The notes beneath the pieces are model-generated. The model made no database searches and had not been told where the DNA came from. It worked only from the letters and a program-made list of their open reading frames with translations. A program made the position numbers and the translations under genes. A stretch of DNA of 64,000 bases from Podarcis bocagei. Taxonomy: Eukaryota. Location: the NCBI GenBank assembly GCA_964188305.1, contig OZ076896.1; one strand, written 5' to 3'. Positions within the stretch are counted from its first letter, which is position 1. Each line of letters opens with the position of its first letter. Shown here in pieces: positions 13,051 through 27,152 of the stretch.

Positions 13051-14526
13051 TAATTCGTTCCAGAGGTCTGTTCTTAACCTGAAACTGTTCTTAACCTGAA
13101 GTACCACTTTAGCTAATGGGGCCTCCCGCTGTTACCATGCTGCCAGAGCATGATTTCTGTTCTCATCCTGAAGCAAAGTTCTTAACCAGAGGTAATATTT
13201 CTGGGTTAGCGGAGTTTGTAACCTGAAGCATATGTAACCTGAGGTACCACTGCACTGTGCTGCTCTTTTGCATTGTTTGTTGCCTCTGTCTAAAGATGAC
13301 TAGAGCAACTTCTACTTTGCAGCAAAGGTAATGTGAACACACATATAAAGGAACACAGGAGAACAGAAATGGATTGCTGGACATACATGCTGTATCTGGA
13401 AAGCTGGACTTATTCCAAAGCTTACAAATCTGCACACATGCAAAACTGAGGACCATTCATTTCAGTGAGAGAAGTATACTGGACACATGTCTGAAATTTA
13501 AGAATTTCTAAAAGAAAACATGCACCCTTTGGCTAGTATATGCTTCCCCTGGCCTTAACTCTGAATTCCTAATTTGTGTCTTTAAAACATATTTTTAATT
13601 ACCCAGTCTTTCCTCTAAAAAAACCCAAAAACCTTCAACATGGGTTTCATCACCAATGAGAATGTGACATAATGAAATTAAAGCATAAACAATACGAACA
13701 ACAGTATAACTACTTATAGAAACAGTATCAGACACTTGCTCTTAAAAGATCATCAGGTTGAAAAGTACAGAATGAGGTAGCATCTCAAAGACAGCAAAGT
13801 GAATGCCCAGCAGATTTGTGCAGGGAAGACTTCCAAAGGCTGGAACGATACCTTATCTCCGTGGAGCTATTATTTAAATTATGTCTTAAATAAACCCACA
13901 TTTAGATACTGTATGGTATGTTAGATATTTTAGTAACCTTTCAGATAGTTTCATAATTTGTCAGCTTTGGGCCTTCATGTAGAACATACAGCTTTCTTGT
14001 AATAACGTGTCCTCGGCCCTTGACCAAGAATCTATTTTGCTTTAATTACAAATATAAACATTTGCTATTAAAACAATAAAGGGGAAATAAATCAGTGATG
14101 GGTTCCCTCACCCTCACTGATGCACAACCATTTAACCAGATGCCATTTTTAACACAGTGCCATCATTTTAATAGAAGTTGTGAGATTATGCAATCAACAG
14201 ATTGGACAATGGACACCCATGTATGATTCCCCCCCAATGGCTGATGCGTCATCAAGTGATGATTTCCATTAGTGTAAACAGATCAAATACCCGAAACAGA
14301 CCTTTTATATTTGTGGATACAACTAGAAAACTATGAATCAGTTGATTTACATCCATAAGTAAATCAGGCATTATAAACTTCCATCTGCAATAAATGGTCA
14401 CCAATCTTTGTCTTGTAACATGCACAGTAACACTGGAAAGCCACTGCCTTTGTTATTCATTATTCTTCCTTTTTTAAATTTTAGAAGCACCAGATCCTAG
14501 TTTAAACTAGGTACTACCATAGTTAG

Positions 14527-14858
14527 GGGTGCTGTGGGCTAAACCACAGAGCCTAGGGCTTGCCGATCAGGTGTTCGGTGGTTCGAATCCCCGCGACAGG
14601 GTGAGCTCCCGTTGCTTGGTCCCAGCTCCTGCCAACCTAGCAGTTTGAAAGCATGTCAAAGTGCAAGTAGATAAATAGGTACTGCTCCGGCGGGAAGGTA
14701 AACGGCATTTCTGGTTCGCCAGAAGCGGCTTAGTCATGCTGGCCACATGACCCAGAAGCTGTATGCCGCCTCCCTCAGCCAGTAAAGTGAGATGAGCGCT
14801 GCAACCCCAGAGTTGTTGGCGACTGGACCTAATGGTCAGGGGTCCCTTTACCCTTTAC
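14527..14858 (+). mobile_element. Sauria SINE
   Basis: B-box GGTTCGAATCC, (TTTACC) tail, TSD TACCATAGTT. Confidence 0.9.
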
Positions 14859-17800
14859 CATAGTTTAATCTAGACCGACCCTCCAGCTTCTCTCTCTCTC
14901 TTTTTTACACCTATGAAAGAGGTGTCTGTTTTTGCTTGGATGGAGGGGGAATATGGGTGTGCGATGGAGAGGGAGGGGAAGGGGGGAGGGGGAGGAGAGA
15001 ATAAACCTTGGCCTATGTGTGGCTGGAATATAGCCTACTGCACAGTGACATCCATTGCTCCACCCATCAGTGGCATGTAGCCCATGGATGGTTGCTGATA
15101 AGGTAATGTGGTCTTTGGGCTGAACATGTCTTCACCTCTGCTATATACTGAGTCTTCCTTATGTGCTTCCTTATGTATCAGTGTGGTTAGGGGAACCCCA
15201 AGGACTGTCAAAGTACAGAGAAAAATCTTTGGAGAGAGGACCCTGAAAGGGAGAAATCTGTCCAAAATACCACAATGAAGACTGAACACACTCTGTAATC
15301 ATGGAATGCAGATTATTGGAGCAGGAAAAACAGAAAACTGTGGGGTGGAGGTTAAGGAATGGAGTATTCTGGAAAATTAGCCATATCCAATGAGCCATAG
15401 TTTGAACACTTGTTCCAATTCAGTGCTGCATTTTGTAACTCGATAGGCTAAAGTTTGTATGATCTTTCATACGAATACAAATGCAGTTGTGTAATATTAT
15501 AAATATTATTCAATTATATTATTCAAACTCTGTGTTCCTATCTGTACACTTTTATACTGAAAGCTTTCCCAGAAGGCCTCCTTTGCCGATCTTTCTTTTT
15601 TTGTATGGTTAACGAACAGTCTACCTACCAACTTTGATAAAATGAATGACAAATGTGGTAGAAAAGCTAGTCTAATCAAGTTTCTTTTTAAAAATTGACT
15701 TCTATTTCAAGGTCTTCCTTTTTCCAATTAGTGTCCCTAAATTGATTGTTTAATGCATAACTAATCTCAAAACTTGCACTTCCTTGCTGATGGGGAAAGT
15801 TACTGCTCATTCTGTGGAAGCCATGGTACTTATGGCTCACATTTATCAAGAGGTGGCATTTTAGAAGTCATTATGGCTGCTGCTCTGCTTTTGCGGAAAG
15901 CAGACTTAAAATGAACCGATACAAAACATACTTCTGAGTGAGTTGTAAACACTTGTGTGTTCAAAGTGCTGCTCCTGCCGTGTTTAGAATTTAATCCTGA
16001 ACTTGTAAACTAGTGTCAGGACTGTACTGTTTCCGGTGGGGCTTAATATGACTGAATGTTCCTCGTTAAAAATAAAAAAATAGAACCTACCCATGTGGAA
16101 AACTGGCTTGACATAGAAACTCGGCTAGAAACCTCTCTGACAATCCTACTTACAAGGTGAAGAAACTCACACACACACGTGTGTGTGTGTGTGTGTGTGT
16201 GTTTCTGTGGTATACAAAAGTGTCAGAATCTTTCAGTCCCTAGGATCCTGCAAACTCCAGGTGACCCCTTAGCCTCAGAGAATGCTGGATGGGACCCTTT
16301 CCCTCAAAGGCCTGGCAATTTCTTTCTCATCACATGACCCCCTTTCTGTTATTTCCAAGGTGTAGGACTTTCCTACCTATACCCCTAAATGTCTACAGTG
16401 TAGTCATTCCATTCACCTGCCCATGCTATTCTGGCTTTCCACTGGAGGTTACCCCCAGACTTAATCTCTTACCTTTCTGGCTCTAACCTGTCCAGATTTC
16501 TTCCTCCCTTGCTTGTCTTGCCCTTGTCCCTCTTCCAACACCTGCTTCTTCCACTCATCAATGTCTTAGATCCTCATCCTCCAACACGCCCTTTTATGCA
16601 GCCGCCCTGCATGTCTGCTTAATGCTCTAAGCTGCTTCCATCCAGCTGTCCCTTTCTTGGCTCACCTGTGTTTTCATTTGAGTGACCTGGGAATGTCATG
16701 GGAGGCAGCTGGAGCATTGTCATGCAACCACCACGATCTTTTCTGAAGTGGTACCTCCCTCGTCTGGCAAAAGGGAGCCCAGTGGAGTTGAACTCAAAAT
16801 CCCACTAAGGGTACTCTAGTAGAAAATGGCTGCTTGGTTGCCCATGCAATCCAGATTTCAAGGCGTTTTGTATTCAGAGTACACAACATGATTTTTATTT
16901 GAAGACAATTTACCATCTGACATGTTTTTCTTATCATGTTTGCTGTTAATCTTCTATTAGCTTTATCTTATCTACTCCTTTTGTAAGAAAATTTGGAGCA
17001 GAAAACACAAGCTAAGCATGGTATGCTGAGAGCCAGAACAAATGCCGAGAAGGGAAGATCAGGCCCATTGTCATGGCAACTACTATCCGATACAAATCGT
17101 TGGCGGGTGAGTGAAATTTCTTTCAGTGGGACAGTATTAAGATTTGTTGCAACGTTTCTATAAAATGTGGCTGTAATATTGTAATAACAACTCATTCTAT
17201 GCAATTATGCTCAGGAAACAGTAAGAGTATACTAGGCCAGCAGAAAATTCGGATGAGAATTTTTCAGCAAACAACTGCTGTTCTTATTTTATTTCTATAC
17301 TGCTCTTCTCCTAGCGGGAAACTGTGGCGCTGAACACAAAAATTGCAATCAGAAAATTAAAAACATCTTAAAATAAAGCTCTTACCAAATATAGAAGAAA
17401 AAAGAACAACAGCTGCTCAAATTCCAATTGGAGTTCATACTTCAAAAACCCAAGGTAAGCAGCTAAGTCTTCAATTTGCATCAGGGAGAAAATTCCTTGT
17501 ATGATGTTGCCATTTGAAAATTGTAAAAACTTTTCAAGCAGACCTGAGCCACTTCATACTCTATGTATTCCACAATTATGGGGGTCAATTCTCCGCTCCG
17601 GGGCATTTAAACAGGTCGGTGCTGCTCTCAGCAGCTCAGTTGGCCCAGCACATCACCCACCCACCCTCTAATCATGCCTCTTTTGCAACCTTTTTCTTTC
17701 CAGGTCAGCGGCCTTGCTATCGTTTTTTTAATGGTTTCGGTTTTTTGCAGAGCCAGGAAGGAATTTTCCCTGCATATCAGGTTTCCACCTTCCTCATAGC

Positions 17801-18988
17801 AACAACTTTGGCAGTTGGCGATAACAAGGTACCCCGTTAGAGGGGTACTGAGGAAAGTCTCTGTCCATAAAGCCAGAAGCGTGTGGCTGGAGGGCCGTAA
17901 GAGATTCCCTCAGCGCCTGGGGAGGGGGGACCATTTGTGTAAACACATATTTTGTCGTGGTTCCATTTCCCCCCAACTGTCCCTGTCATGCCTCAGACCC
18001 CCAGGCTGGGAATTGAGAGGGATACACATCCAATGCTTATGCCAAGGTTTACCTACAACTGAAAACAAAGTTGTGGCCATTTTTCAATCCCAAAATGTTG
18101 TTGCATCCTTTCATTCGCCCATGGTGGCCTGGCTCCCTGGCTGCTGCAACAGGGTAGGCAATATCCTTTTATTTACTTTAAGCCCAGAATTCTGATTTAT
18201 TTGTAATGCCATTCTGAAGAAAATATCCTTTTATTATTAACTTTAAAACATAGTAACTTTTAAGATGTATTGATTTGCTCTCTCTTCTGTTATGAGCCCA
18301 ATATTTTACCTATGCCTATTTTCTGTCGCCGTCCCCACCCGCCCGCATAGAATTCCTGCTACCCCAAGCAAGGAATTTAGGTTAACATTCTGAAATCTAA
18401 GGTACACTAATAGCTGTTGTATTAAGACTAGATTGCCACACCACTTTGCTTGCACTATTTGCACAGGGGTTGTGTTCTGGGTCATCGCGTGCAACAGCAA
18501 AGCTTGTATAAACCCCTTACGCCCTTTTCCTGCCACTTCCAGGTTTGTGGCGATGTGTGAGTGCATGGTCACGAATGCTCTGATCACGTGAAAAATGGTC
18601 ATTGCCTGTATCTTAATGATCTGCAGTAATTTTGAAATCAACCAACTATACTTCCAACTAAGCCTTTAAGTTGATACAGCCCACCGCCCCCCGGCCATAA
18701 ATGGTGTCCAACAGTTAGGATGTATATGGTTTTGTAAGTTATTTTGGCATTTGCCTCATGCTTTCACTCATCAGGAGTCTATACAGAAAAGAGAATTAGA
18801 TGAGGTATTCCAGGTTCTCTGGTTACTGCGAAGATCTTGCACATAGTCCATAATCTAAGGATCATGTCTTCCTAACGGTAAGCCCTGATGTTACACTCTT
18901 ATTGGCACAGACAGAAGAGCAACACAAACTGATGCTTTGGCAACAGGGAAATATAATTTGGATTATATTGAACACTATTGCAACAGAA

Positions 18989-19342
18989 GGGACGCGGGTG
19001 GCGCTGTGGGTTAAACCACAGAGCCTAGGGCTTGCCGATCAGAAGGTCGGCGGTTCGAATCCCTGCAACGGGGTGAGATCCCATTGCTCGGTCCCTACTC
19101 CTGCCAACCTAGCAGTTCAAAAGCACGTCAAAGTGCAAGTAGATAAACAGGTACCACTCCGGTGGGAAGGTAAACGGCGTTTCCGTGTGCTGCTCTGGTT
19201 CGCCAGAAGCAGCTTAGTCATGCTGGCCACATGACCCGGCAGCTGTACGCCGGCTCCCTCGGCCAGTAAAGTGAGATAAGCGCCGCAACCTCAGAGTCGG
19301 TTATGACAGGACCTAATGGTCAGGGGTCCCTTTACCTTTTTT
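18989..19342 (+). mobile_element. Sauria SINE, full length
   Basis: GGGACGCGGGTGGCGCTGTGG head, B-box, TSD TGCAACAGA. Confidence 0.93.
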
Positions 19343-19981
19343 TACTGCAACAGAGAAAGCCAGAGCTGAACATTTTATCTCTAAAATAGTGATCAAAGCA
19401 GCTCGACAAAAATGTTATCACATTTTTTTTTTATTAGCAATCTTGCATCACACACCCTGCCCCCAAAGATATAAAATCTTCCTAGGGAAATATATATATA
19501 TGAAAACCTTCCAATTAAACCAGCTGGCTTCAAGGGACAGTATGAAAAAAAATTAGACACAATGTAAAGGAATGTTAAAAATCCTTAGCATGGTGGAACT
19601 CCTGCAACAAGAAATTTAGATTCAGCTTTACATGATTGCTTTAAATGCACTGATATATTTTTTTTAAAAAAAATGAACGTATGATAAATTGCTCTTAACA
19701 TATATGGGCATCAAAACTGACATTAAAAATGTGTATAAGTTTGGAAAATGTTCACAGGAAATGCAAGGAATAAAAACAGTAAATCCTGATTTTTTTATCT
19801 TTCCTTAGATTAGTATGAACTGGACTGCAATTTTGACAACTTTATATTTTGTATTGAATTAATTGCCATTGCCTCAGAAGGCATTAGCTTTCAGACAAGA
19901 ATTATTTTGACTTAATACAAACGTCTGCTGGTTAAGGAACATTCAGGCATGATTGTACAGCCAATGAAAAATAAATTAGTA

Positions 19982-20223
19982 GAAGAAGAAGAGTTTGGAT
20001 TTGATATCCCGCCTTTCACTCCCCTTCAGGAGTCTCAAAGCGGCTAACATTCCCCTTTCCCTTCCTCCCCCACAACAAACACTCTGTGAGGTGAGTGGGG
20101 CTGAGAGACTTCAAAGAAGTGTGACTGGCCCAAGGTCACCCAGCAGCTGCATGTGGAGGAGCGGAGACGCGAACCCGGTTCCCCAGATTACGAGACTACC
20201 GCTCTTAACCACTACACCACACT
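19982..20223 (-). mobile_element. tRNA-derived SINE, Squam3-like, (TTC)n tail
   Basis: Minus-strand head GTGTGGTGTAGTGGTTAAGAG...GGTTCGCG; near-identical to the 52456 copy. Confidence 0.85.
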
Positions 20224-20991
20224 AAAAAAATAGGCTGCAATCCTATGCTTGCTAACTAAGTAGTTTAGGCTGCAATCCTGAACACACTTACAAGGAAGTA
20301 AGTCCCATTTAACGCAACTTCCAAGTAGACATGCATTTTAATGTAGACTTACGCAATAGGATTTCTGAGGGAACATGTTGTAAGATTGGGCTGTAGGTTT
20401 AGTCACATGACACATTATTTGGAAGCGTGTTTTACAAGTAAACAGACTACAATTCATTGCATCTTTTTATTTTTCTGAATTTTAACCTTTTGAATAATTT
20501 TTACTCCCTTAAGAACAATTAGAGGCTTCCAGTAAATATTTCCCACTTATGGACATCATAAAACTGAAGAAGTAGTTACAGGAATGTTCTGCTGGCATTT
20601 AAGGATTTCATCTAAAGAAAAAGTATTCATTTTTTATGTTTATTGCATAAAATAATTCATTTATAGCTTCTTAATACTCTTCCACTGTACTATATTTTCC
20701 CAACAGTTCACATGAAATTGTGTGAATAGGAAAAAAATAAATAGGGAATCTATATAGTGTCCTCTGAAGAATGCCTTCAAAACATGAAAATTATAAAAGA
20801 ATTTAATGTCATTAAGATGGGAAATGTGCCTGGATATCAACATGGCATAGATCAGATTACTACGGTACAAAAATGTGCGACTATAAAAGCCATTCCCCCA
20901 TTAAAATATTAGTTTCAGAGGAAATTATGTATCAGCAAAACTTTTAAAAAGGTGAAGGTTAAAGGAACTGGAATCATACAGAATTGCAATT

Positions 20992-21080
20992 TACAGTGCA
21001 TTCCTACATATGTCTACACAGGAGCAAGTCCCATTGGGTTCAATGGAACATGCCCCTAGGTGTTTATAGGATTGCAGCCT
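20992..21080. repeat. Old short palindromic repeat (GCAATCCTA...CCCATTG..CAATGG...TAGGATTGC type)
   Basis: Related degenerate copies at about 1-66, 20232-20395, 35577, 47740 and 52160. Confidence 0.55.
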
Positions 21081-21604
21081 TTACTGGTTGCTAATAGTAA
21101 ACAGTAACTTTATTTAGGGAAGTGGAACTTCTAAATCCCCATGGCTTCAAGAACTCAGTGTAAAATACTGGAGGCAGAAATACTGAGGAATAGCATCTTC
21201 AGAAATATGTAACAAACATTAGCAGAATAAGCATGGACATTTAAGTTTGTACAGTGACATTTTAAAAATATAGGCACATGATTCTCAATGCACTGATTGC
21301 TACAATATACATGGCAAGGCAGCTTTTGCACACCTTTAAATTTATGTGTATGTTGCAGTTTAACTGATAGATGAATTTTACAGTATTATTTATTCTTCCA
21401 TTGTTTTAAATCATTACATCATTTTCTACATTCAATTAGAGCATTCAGACCACCACCACCAGAACAAATTTGGTGCAGGAGAACGGAATGTAACCACCAC
21501 TGTCAAATAAAAAGTATGTGTTTTAATGTCCTTCCCCCCTTCCCCCCCAAAAACACTACATGGACACCAAAAGAGTAACAAGATGTATCAAAAAATAAGG
21601 CACA

Positions 21605-21610
21605 TTTATT
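21605..21610 (-). terminator. Candidate MAN2A1 poly(A) signal AATAAA (about 0.8 kb 3'UTR)
   Basis: tttatt on + strand, followed on the minus strand by U/GU-rich sequence. Other AATAAA hexamers lie further downstream (near 21390, 21110, 20640), so the true end is uncertain. Confidence 0.4.
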
Positions 21611-22411
21611 TTGATATTGAAATATTGAAATAGAAAAAGGCTTTCAGAGAGCATTAGTATCCAAATGTTCTGTAAAAAAATCTTGTATTCATGAAATTAT
21701 AGACTTAACTTTCTTTACTCTTCATAATGGAGTAATTGCACATATCCCAATGTGTCAAGTAACGAAACAGAAGTTTGTTTGACATTTCCAAGAAAGATGA
21801 ATCTAAAATTCCGGAATTTTAACTTCTGCCACTTCAAGATGGTAGGACAAGTGATTATAATTTTCCACACTTCTCAAAGGCTCTTGGATTTCACTCTACG
21901 GCTAGAGTGGGATAAATGCAGACTCCATGTGGAACAAAATTGTAACTGTCGCTTATAGAAGTCTTTACAAGTATTTGGACAATAGCTTCGCCAGAGCATA
22001 TTCAGGGTTTTAATTCCAGACTGTACTATCTGGGATTTCAACAATATGTAATTATTTAAGACCCAATTACAGATCAGAAAACCATTTAAAAATCAACAGT
22101 CCCAACCTTTCAAACACAAAAATCATAAACTTAGAAGCCATAAACTAACATTTAACCTGAGATTCACTATGTCGATGAAAATATCCTTTGTTTTTCTTCC
22201 ACTTCTTATACTGATGTTGGCATTTTGTTAATGGTAAAGTTGCTTGCTTGCATCATGGCTTTTTACTGTGCTGGAGATCAAATAAATTCTGGAGTGAATG
22301 TACTGTCACAGTATCAAAGAAGCTGGAATAGAAATGTGCTTCTTATTGCACACCAATCTTTGAGAAAAGTTGCAGATTCTTCTTTAGCATTTGAGTTCTA
22401 AAGGTCAAGTT

Positions 22412-22564
22412 TCATCTCAGCTGAATTCTGTATGTGTTTATCTCCATAGGACTCATACTGATTTCACTAATGTTTCTGGCATCTGGAGGTGAATGCATCA
22501 AAGATAAGGATGTAGGTATAAGACTTCCCACATGGAACTTGTTAAAGAGTCTGTGCACCTTTAG
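22412..22564 (-). CDS. MAN2A1: MAN2A1 exon 22 coding part (153 nt incl. TGA)
   Basis: CTCCAG|CTA...; LKVHRLFNKFHVGSLIPTSLSLMHSPPDARNISEISMSPMEINTYRIQLR*. Confidence 0.96.
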   Translation of the reverse strand, partial: LKVHRLFNKFHVGSLIPTSLSLMHSPPDARNISEISMSPMEINTYRIQLR

Positions 22565-22674
22565 CTGGAGAAGTAAAAAAAAAAGATCATTATTTATAAC
22601 ACAGAATTGGACATGAATTTTAACTTCACTCTTTAATGATTTTCCAACTGAGTTCCTCGTAAGTAGATTCTAAC

Positions 22675-22860
22675 TAGGGCTGGGCGAAATATGGATATAT
22701 CGTCCAAAACCGGCTTGAAGTTCACATCGTGAAAACCATTTCATAATATTTATAACCTGGCAATATATCACAAATCACAATGTGTGTGAGGGCTGGGCAA
22801 TTATCTGGCTTTCAAAATCGTGATATATCACCAGCAAAACATCACGATATACCATGATAT
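22675..22860 (+). mobile_element. hAT-like terminal fragments (TAGGGCTGGGCGA..)
   Basis: Two tandem terminus-like motifs (22675, 22789) with ATATCG/CGATAT subterminal repeats. Confidence 0.45.
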
Positions 22861-23090
22861 CTGAAATAAGCATGGAACTATGCAGAGGTGAGCAGGGCAC
22901 TACAATTCTGCTCACTTAAGTGAACTGCAGGCTTGTGTTTCTCAAGCAGCAGTCCCTTGTCATGCAACATGGGAGACGTCTCTTAAATTGAAGAGACTTT
23001 CAGGACTGATTTGTGGCATAGTATAAGAGCCTGCTACTCCAAGGAAAGAAGGTAGAAAATCCAATTGAGCAGGTCCAAGCCAAGCAGGTC

Positions 23091-23625
23091 CACTGTATTC
23101 TGCTCTGGTCAGACCTCACCTGGAGTACTGTGTCCAGTTCTGGGCACCACAGTACAAGAAGGACACTGACAAACTGGAACGTGTCCAGAGGAGGGCAACC
23201 AAAATGGTCAAAGGCCTGGAAATGATGCCTTATGAGGAACGGCTAAGGGAGCTGGGCATGTTTAGCCTGGAGAAGAGGAGGTTAAGGGGTGATATGATAG
23301 CCATGTTCAAATATATAAAAGGATGTCACGTAGAGGGAGAAAGGTTGTTTTCTGCTGCTCCAGAGAAGCGGACACGGAGCAATGGATCCAAACTACAAGA
23401 AAGAAGATTCCCCCTAAACATTAGGAAGAACTTCCTGACAGTAAGAGCTGTTCGACAGTGGAATTTGCTGCCAAGGAGTGTGGTGGAGTCTCCTTCTTTG
23501 GAGGTCTTTAAGCAGAGCCTTGACAACCATATGTCAGGAGTGCTCTGATGGTGTTTCCTGCTTGGCAGGGGGTTGGACTCGATGGCCCTTGTGGTCTCTT
23601 CCAACTCTATGATTCTATGATTCTA
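23091..23625 (+). mobile_element. CR1 LINE 3' end in intron 21
   Basis: [37 protein letters not shown]; (ATTCTATG)n tail. Confidence 0.95.
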
Positions 23626-23710
23626 AGCCATTATCAAAAGCAGCTGACTCAATCTCTGCCAACTTCTTTCTCTACAACCGTATGAATACATCTAAAATAT
23701 TGTAGAATAC

Positions 23711-23821
23711 CTTTCCCTGAGTTGTAGAGCAGAGGAGGCCCAGGTCTGTGCTTGTGAACCTACAATCAAATCCCTTCCTGTGAAAAATCAGGGCTGCTTC
23801 CTCAGATGGCCCAGAACCTCC
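23711..23821 (-). CDS. MAN2A1: MAN2A1 exon 21 (111 nt)
   Basis: TTGCAG|GGA...AAG|GTATTC; GGSGPSEEAALIFHRKGFDCRFTSTDLGLLCSTTQGK. Confidence 0.96.
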
Positions 23822-25602
23822 CTGCAAAACAAAAGGAGAAATTGTGGACAAAGGGGGTGGGAAGAGGAGGAAAGAACTGTAGAGTCTGGGCAGAGGCACA
23901 AACTTTAGAATCGTGACTGAAACTGCTAGGAAATTGACAAGTTACTCGGGAGCCCAACATTGCATAACTTCACTGATTATTGCTATGATTTTAGACCTCA
24001 GTTATATGGCTATAACAGGTTCAGTCACATACATAATTTTAATTACTATACTAAAACTTAGAAGATTTTGGCATACATAGCAGTTATATCCCAAAATGCA
24101 TGTGTGCAGGAATACAGATGTTATCTGAAGCAGGTTATGGGCTAATAAACAGCTCAGTAAGATGAACAAAGCATCTGTTACTTTATATACCATTAGATTC
24201 ACTTGGCAGTGGCACTAAAAACTAAGCCAGAAATTCAGGCAAAATAACCTCCCACATAACTAAAACAGTGCATACGATTGTACAAAAAGTAAGTGTCTAA
24301 GCTTTTTTAGTTGTTTTTTTTAAAGGATTCAGGAGCCTACAATGTTAGCAGGCACATACAATAGCTCTTCTAAAAGGCAGAAGATGGGAATACATGATAG
24401 GTGTGCAAAATATGTACATTTTTTTTGAAGCAGAAATCTCAAAAACCATGCTCTCAGCTACTAAATGATATGGAAAACACCATTAGAGAAATTTACACAA
24501 AGAGCCATCCATGACTAGTAGCCTACATGAAGCTGTCTAATTAAAGCCAATTAAAACTAGTGGCCACCATCATATCTTATGGCAATAGTATGTTGTGCCC
24601 TGCACTGAAGTACATTTCTGGCATATCATCTATCCCTTTAATGATAGCAAAACAAATACGGCAGCGAATTTCAGCATGCCTACCTGTTGCCCATTAAGCA
24701 AGATTGTCTGCTCTTTTTTTAGGCTTTTGCTTTAAAATATTTGTTTTTCTAAAGGCTGCCCACTATCCACCCCGTGTGTAAGAACACTTCTCCCTTTATT
24801 TATTTAACGCTGTGAACAGGAGCATGGCTATTTTATGACAAGACTTCATCACACCTTCCCTATTTTTGCAGGAGGGGAGGAAAGATGCTACTGCCGAGAA
24901 AGAGAGAACAGAGGCAAATGTTATCTGGAAAAGTCTTTTGGTTCTTCTTGATTACCAAAATTCATCTTATTCTCTGTCTAGTTTAAATCTGAGTATTTTA
25001 ATGCTACTAATGAAAGATTGTAACATTTCGTAATTTCACATTGTCTTAAATAAATACGTTGACGTTTATCATTCCAATAATATGCATCATTAGGCAGAGA
25101 AATCTACAATTTTATTGTTCCTTGTACAAAAATGATGGTTTGTGGTCTATAAGGAAGCAGACATTTATCACTCTCTACTTCAGTAGACTCACATAACGAA
25201 AGCCCATACGTAGCATACACAGAGTTATTGCCCATAGAAATTAATTCTGTTTGTGGTGTAGAAAAGAAGTGACTGCATCTGTAAATCTACATTCATGGAA
25301 GTACATGTCACAAGCTAGGTTGCAAAGCAAAAGTAGGTAAGGAATTGTGCATCTCAAATAAATCATCCTAGTAATCAGACTCAAGCCCTTGCTCACTTCT
25401 CAAACTTACTTCTGCACTGCTCTTTGACACCAGAGAGTATCATTAACAGTGTCAATAATGCCAGGCACATTAGGAGTAAAAGATGCTAAGACTGTACTAA
25501 TTTCTTCAGAGACCCATTTCAGAAGTCTTGTAAAGGGGCTTTCTAGAAAGCAATAGTTTTGAGTATACTGAAATAACTATTTCAAACTTATTTCAAGCTT
25601 AC

Positions 25603-25797
25603 CTTTGATTGTATGGTTCTTAAGTTAACTATATTCATATCACAGGGCATGGATGACATTAATGGAGAAAAGGTATTCAACAGCGATGGGATGCCGATGT
25701 CTGCATAGGTAATCATTGGAATCAAAGGATGATTTATGAAAGATGATGTTATATGACTAAGGAGAGAAGGAAAGCTGACTGTCGATTTTTCTTCTTT
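25603..25797 (-). CDS. MAN2A1: MAN2A1 exon 20 (195 nt)
   Basis: TAATAG|AAA...AAG|GTAAGC; KEEKSTVSFPSLLSHITSSFINHPLIPM...PCDMNIVNLRTIQSK. Confidence 0.95.
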
Positions 25798-27152
25798 CTA
25801 TTAAAAAAAGAAGATAGTAGTAAGCTATTTTCAGTTGTGGTACATTGAACATATATACATGCATTCATTAAAGCTGATAAATGAACCCATGAAAACTAAA
25901 TGGCATTTGGGACATAGGTAGCCAACAGTGTTTTAAAGTCAACAGTGCCCCCCCAAAAATTACCATAAACAGACATACACTCTAGCGGTCAAAAGAAGCC
26001 ACAGCACTGTTAGGGCATATACTTTAACCTATGGCACAGTGTGTGAATTGTGTAGTTTCTCTTTCTCTCATATAGAAGTGATTATGCAGCATTTGGAAGT
26101 GCCTAGCTGATCTATTGGGGGTCTATATGCATATCCCAAAGGAACTGGTTCTTCATCATTCATACTCTCTGTGGGGGTCTTTTGCATCCATCTGTCATGC
26201 TGGTTCCTGACCAATGACTGAACAGTGTGTTCTTTTAATCCTGAAGTAAACAGAGGTAGCCTTTTCTTGGTTTACTGGGCTGTTTCTCTGTGTGTCTCAT
26301 TTAACTAGGTAACCTGCTATACTCTGCCTATATCCAACATTTGTAGCACCATTTATGGCTTTTCAGGCAGCGTTAATAAAGATTTTAAATTTAACTGCTA
26401 CAACAAGACTTCCCTGGGGTCACAGTATAATGATCTGTGACTACACCATAGACTGGAATGGTGTTTATCTTTGTCAAATCTGTACCACTTAAGACTGTGA
26501 TAAATAAATACTTTCAATTTAAAGCAGCTTGGCTTGTACACTCAGGATGTTCTTTATGCACCCCTGTGAAAATTTGCTAAGTTGTGCATCTGTATGACTT
26601 TATAGTAGATAAAGTAAAATGATGCAAAGCATGATGCTGAAATATTTCATCTTAAGAGTAGTGTAGAGGACCAAATATTCAACTATTATCACTGCTATCC
26701 CACTCCCAACAATGAGCCTCCACCACAATCACTGTTTCTTTCCCTATCCCTATTCCCTCCTTCTGCATGTAGAAGGCCCCATGTGCTCCCCTGCAAACCA
26801 CAGGAGTCTTACAGTGATGCCTGATGTCTACAGTTCTACAGATGGAAGAATCACCTTTCGCCCAACCCCCTTCCACCAGAATTTATTTGGACTTAGTAAG
26901 TGACATTATAGCAACATATTCTTTCATATGAACTCCCTAAAACAGGGAAGAACAGAAAAACTTTATGACACACCCTGGTCAGGTTCAGTAACATAAGTGA
27001 ATCCATATTTGGAATACTGAAAGATTAATGTACTAATTAGAGATATGGAGAATCCCTTGGTAAAATGTTCTTATGATACATATACATGTACATATATTTG
27101 GAAGCTAATGTTTAAGAAACTGAAATCAAGTTATTTGTAACACTTCTCCTAC

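Larger units (their letters stand above)
11973..13252 (-). mobile_element. MITE family A split by a family B insertion
   Basis: 11973-11998 plus 13053-13252 rejoin as a reverse family A copy; insertion at the TA of CTTAATTCG. Confidence 0.85.

Noticed and set aside
12270-13107. Long Pro/Gly/Arg-rich ORFs on both strands (also 56045-57083)
   Set aside because: Artefacts of a GC-rich, stop-poor minisatellite inside a MITE; open in nearly all frames
16168-16201. (CA)n/(GT)n palindromic junction
   Set aside because: Simple microsatellite with no other evidence of function
17640-18000. Endogenous retroviral env or 28S rRNA fragment on the minus strand
   Set aside because: Only very short resemblances (ATGATTAGAGG; GPP..FWL.G); no extended match, and the frames contain stops
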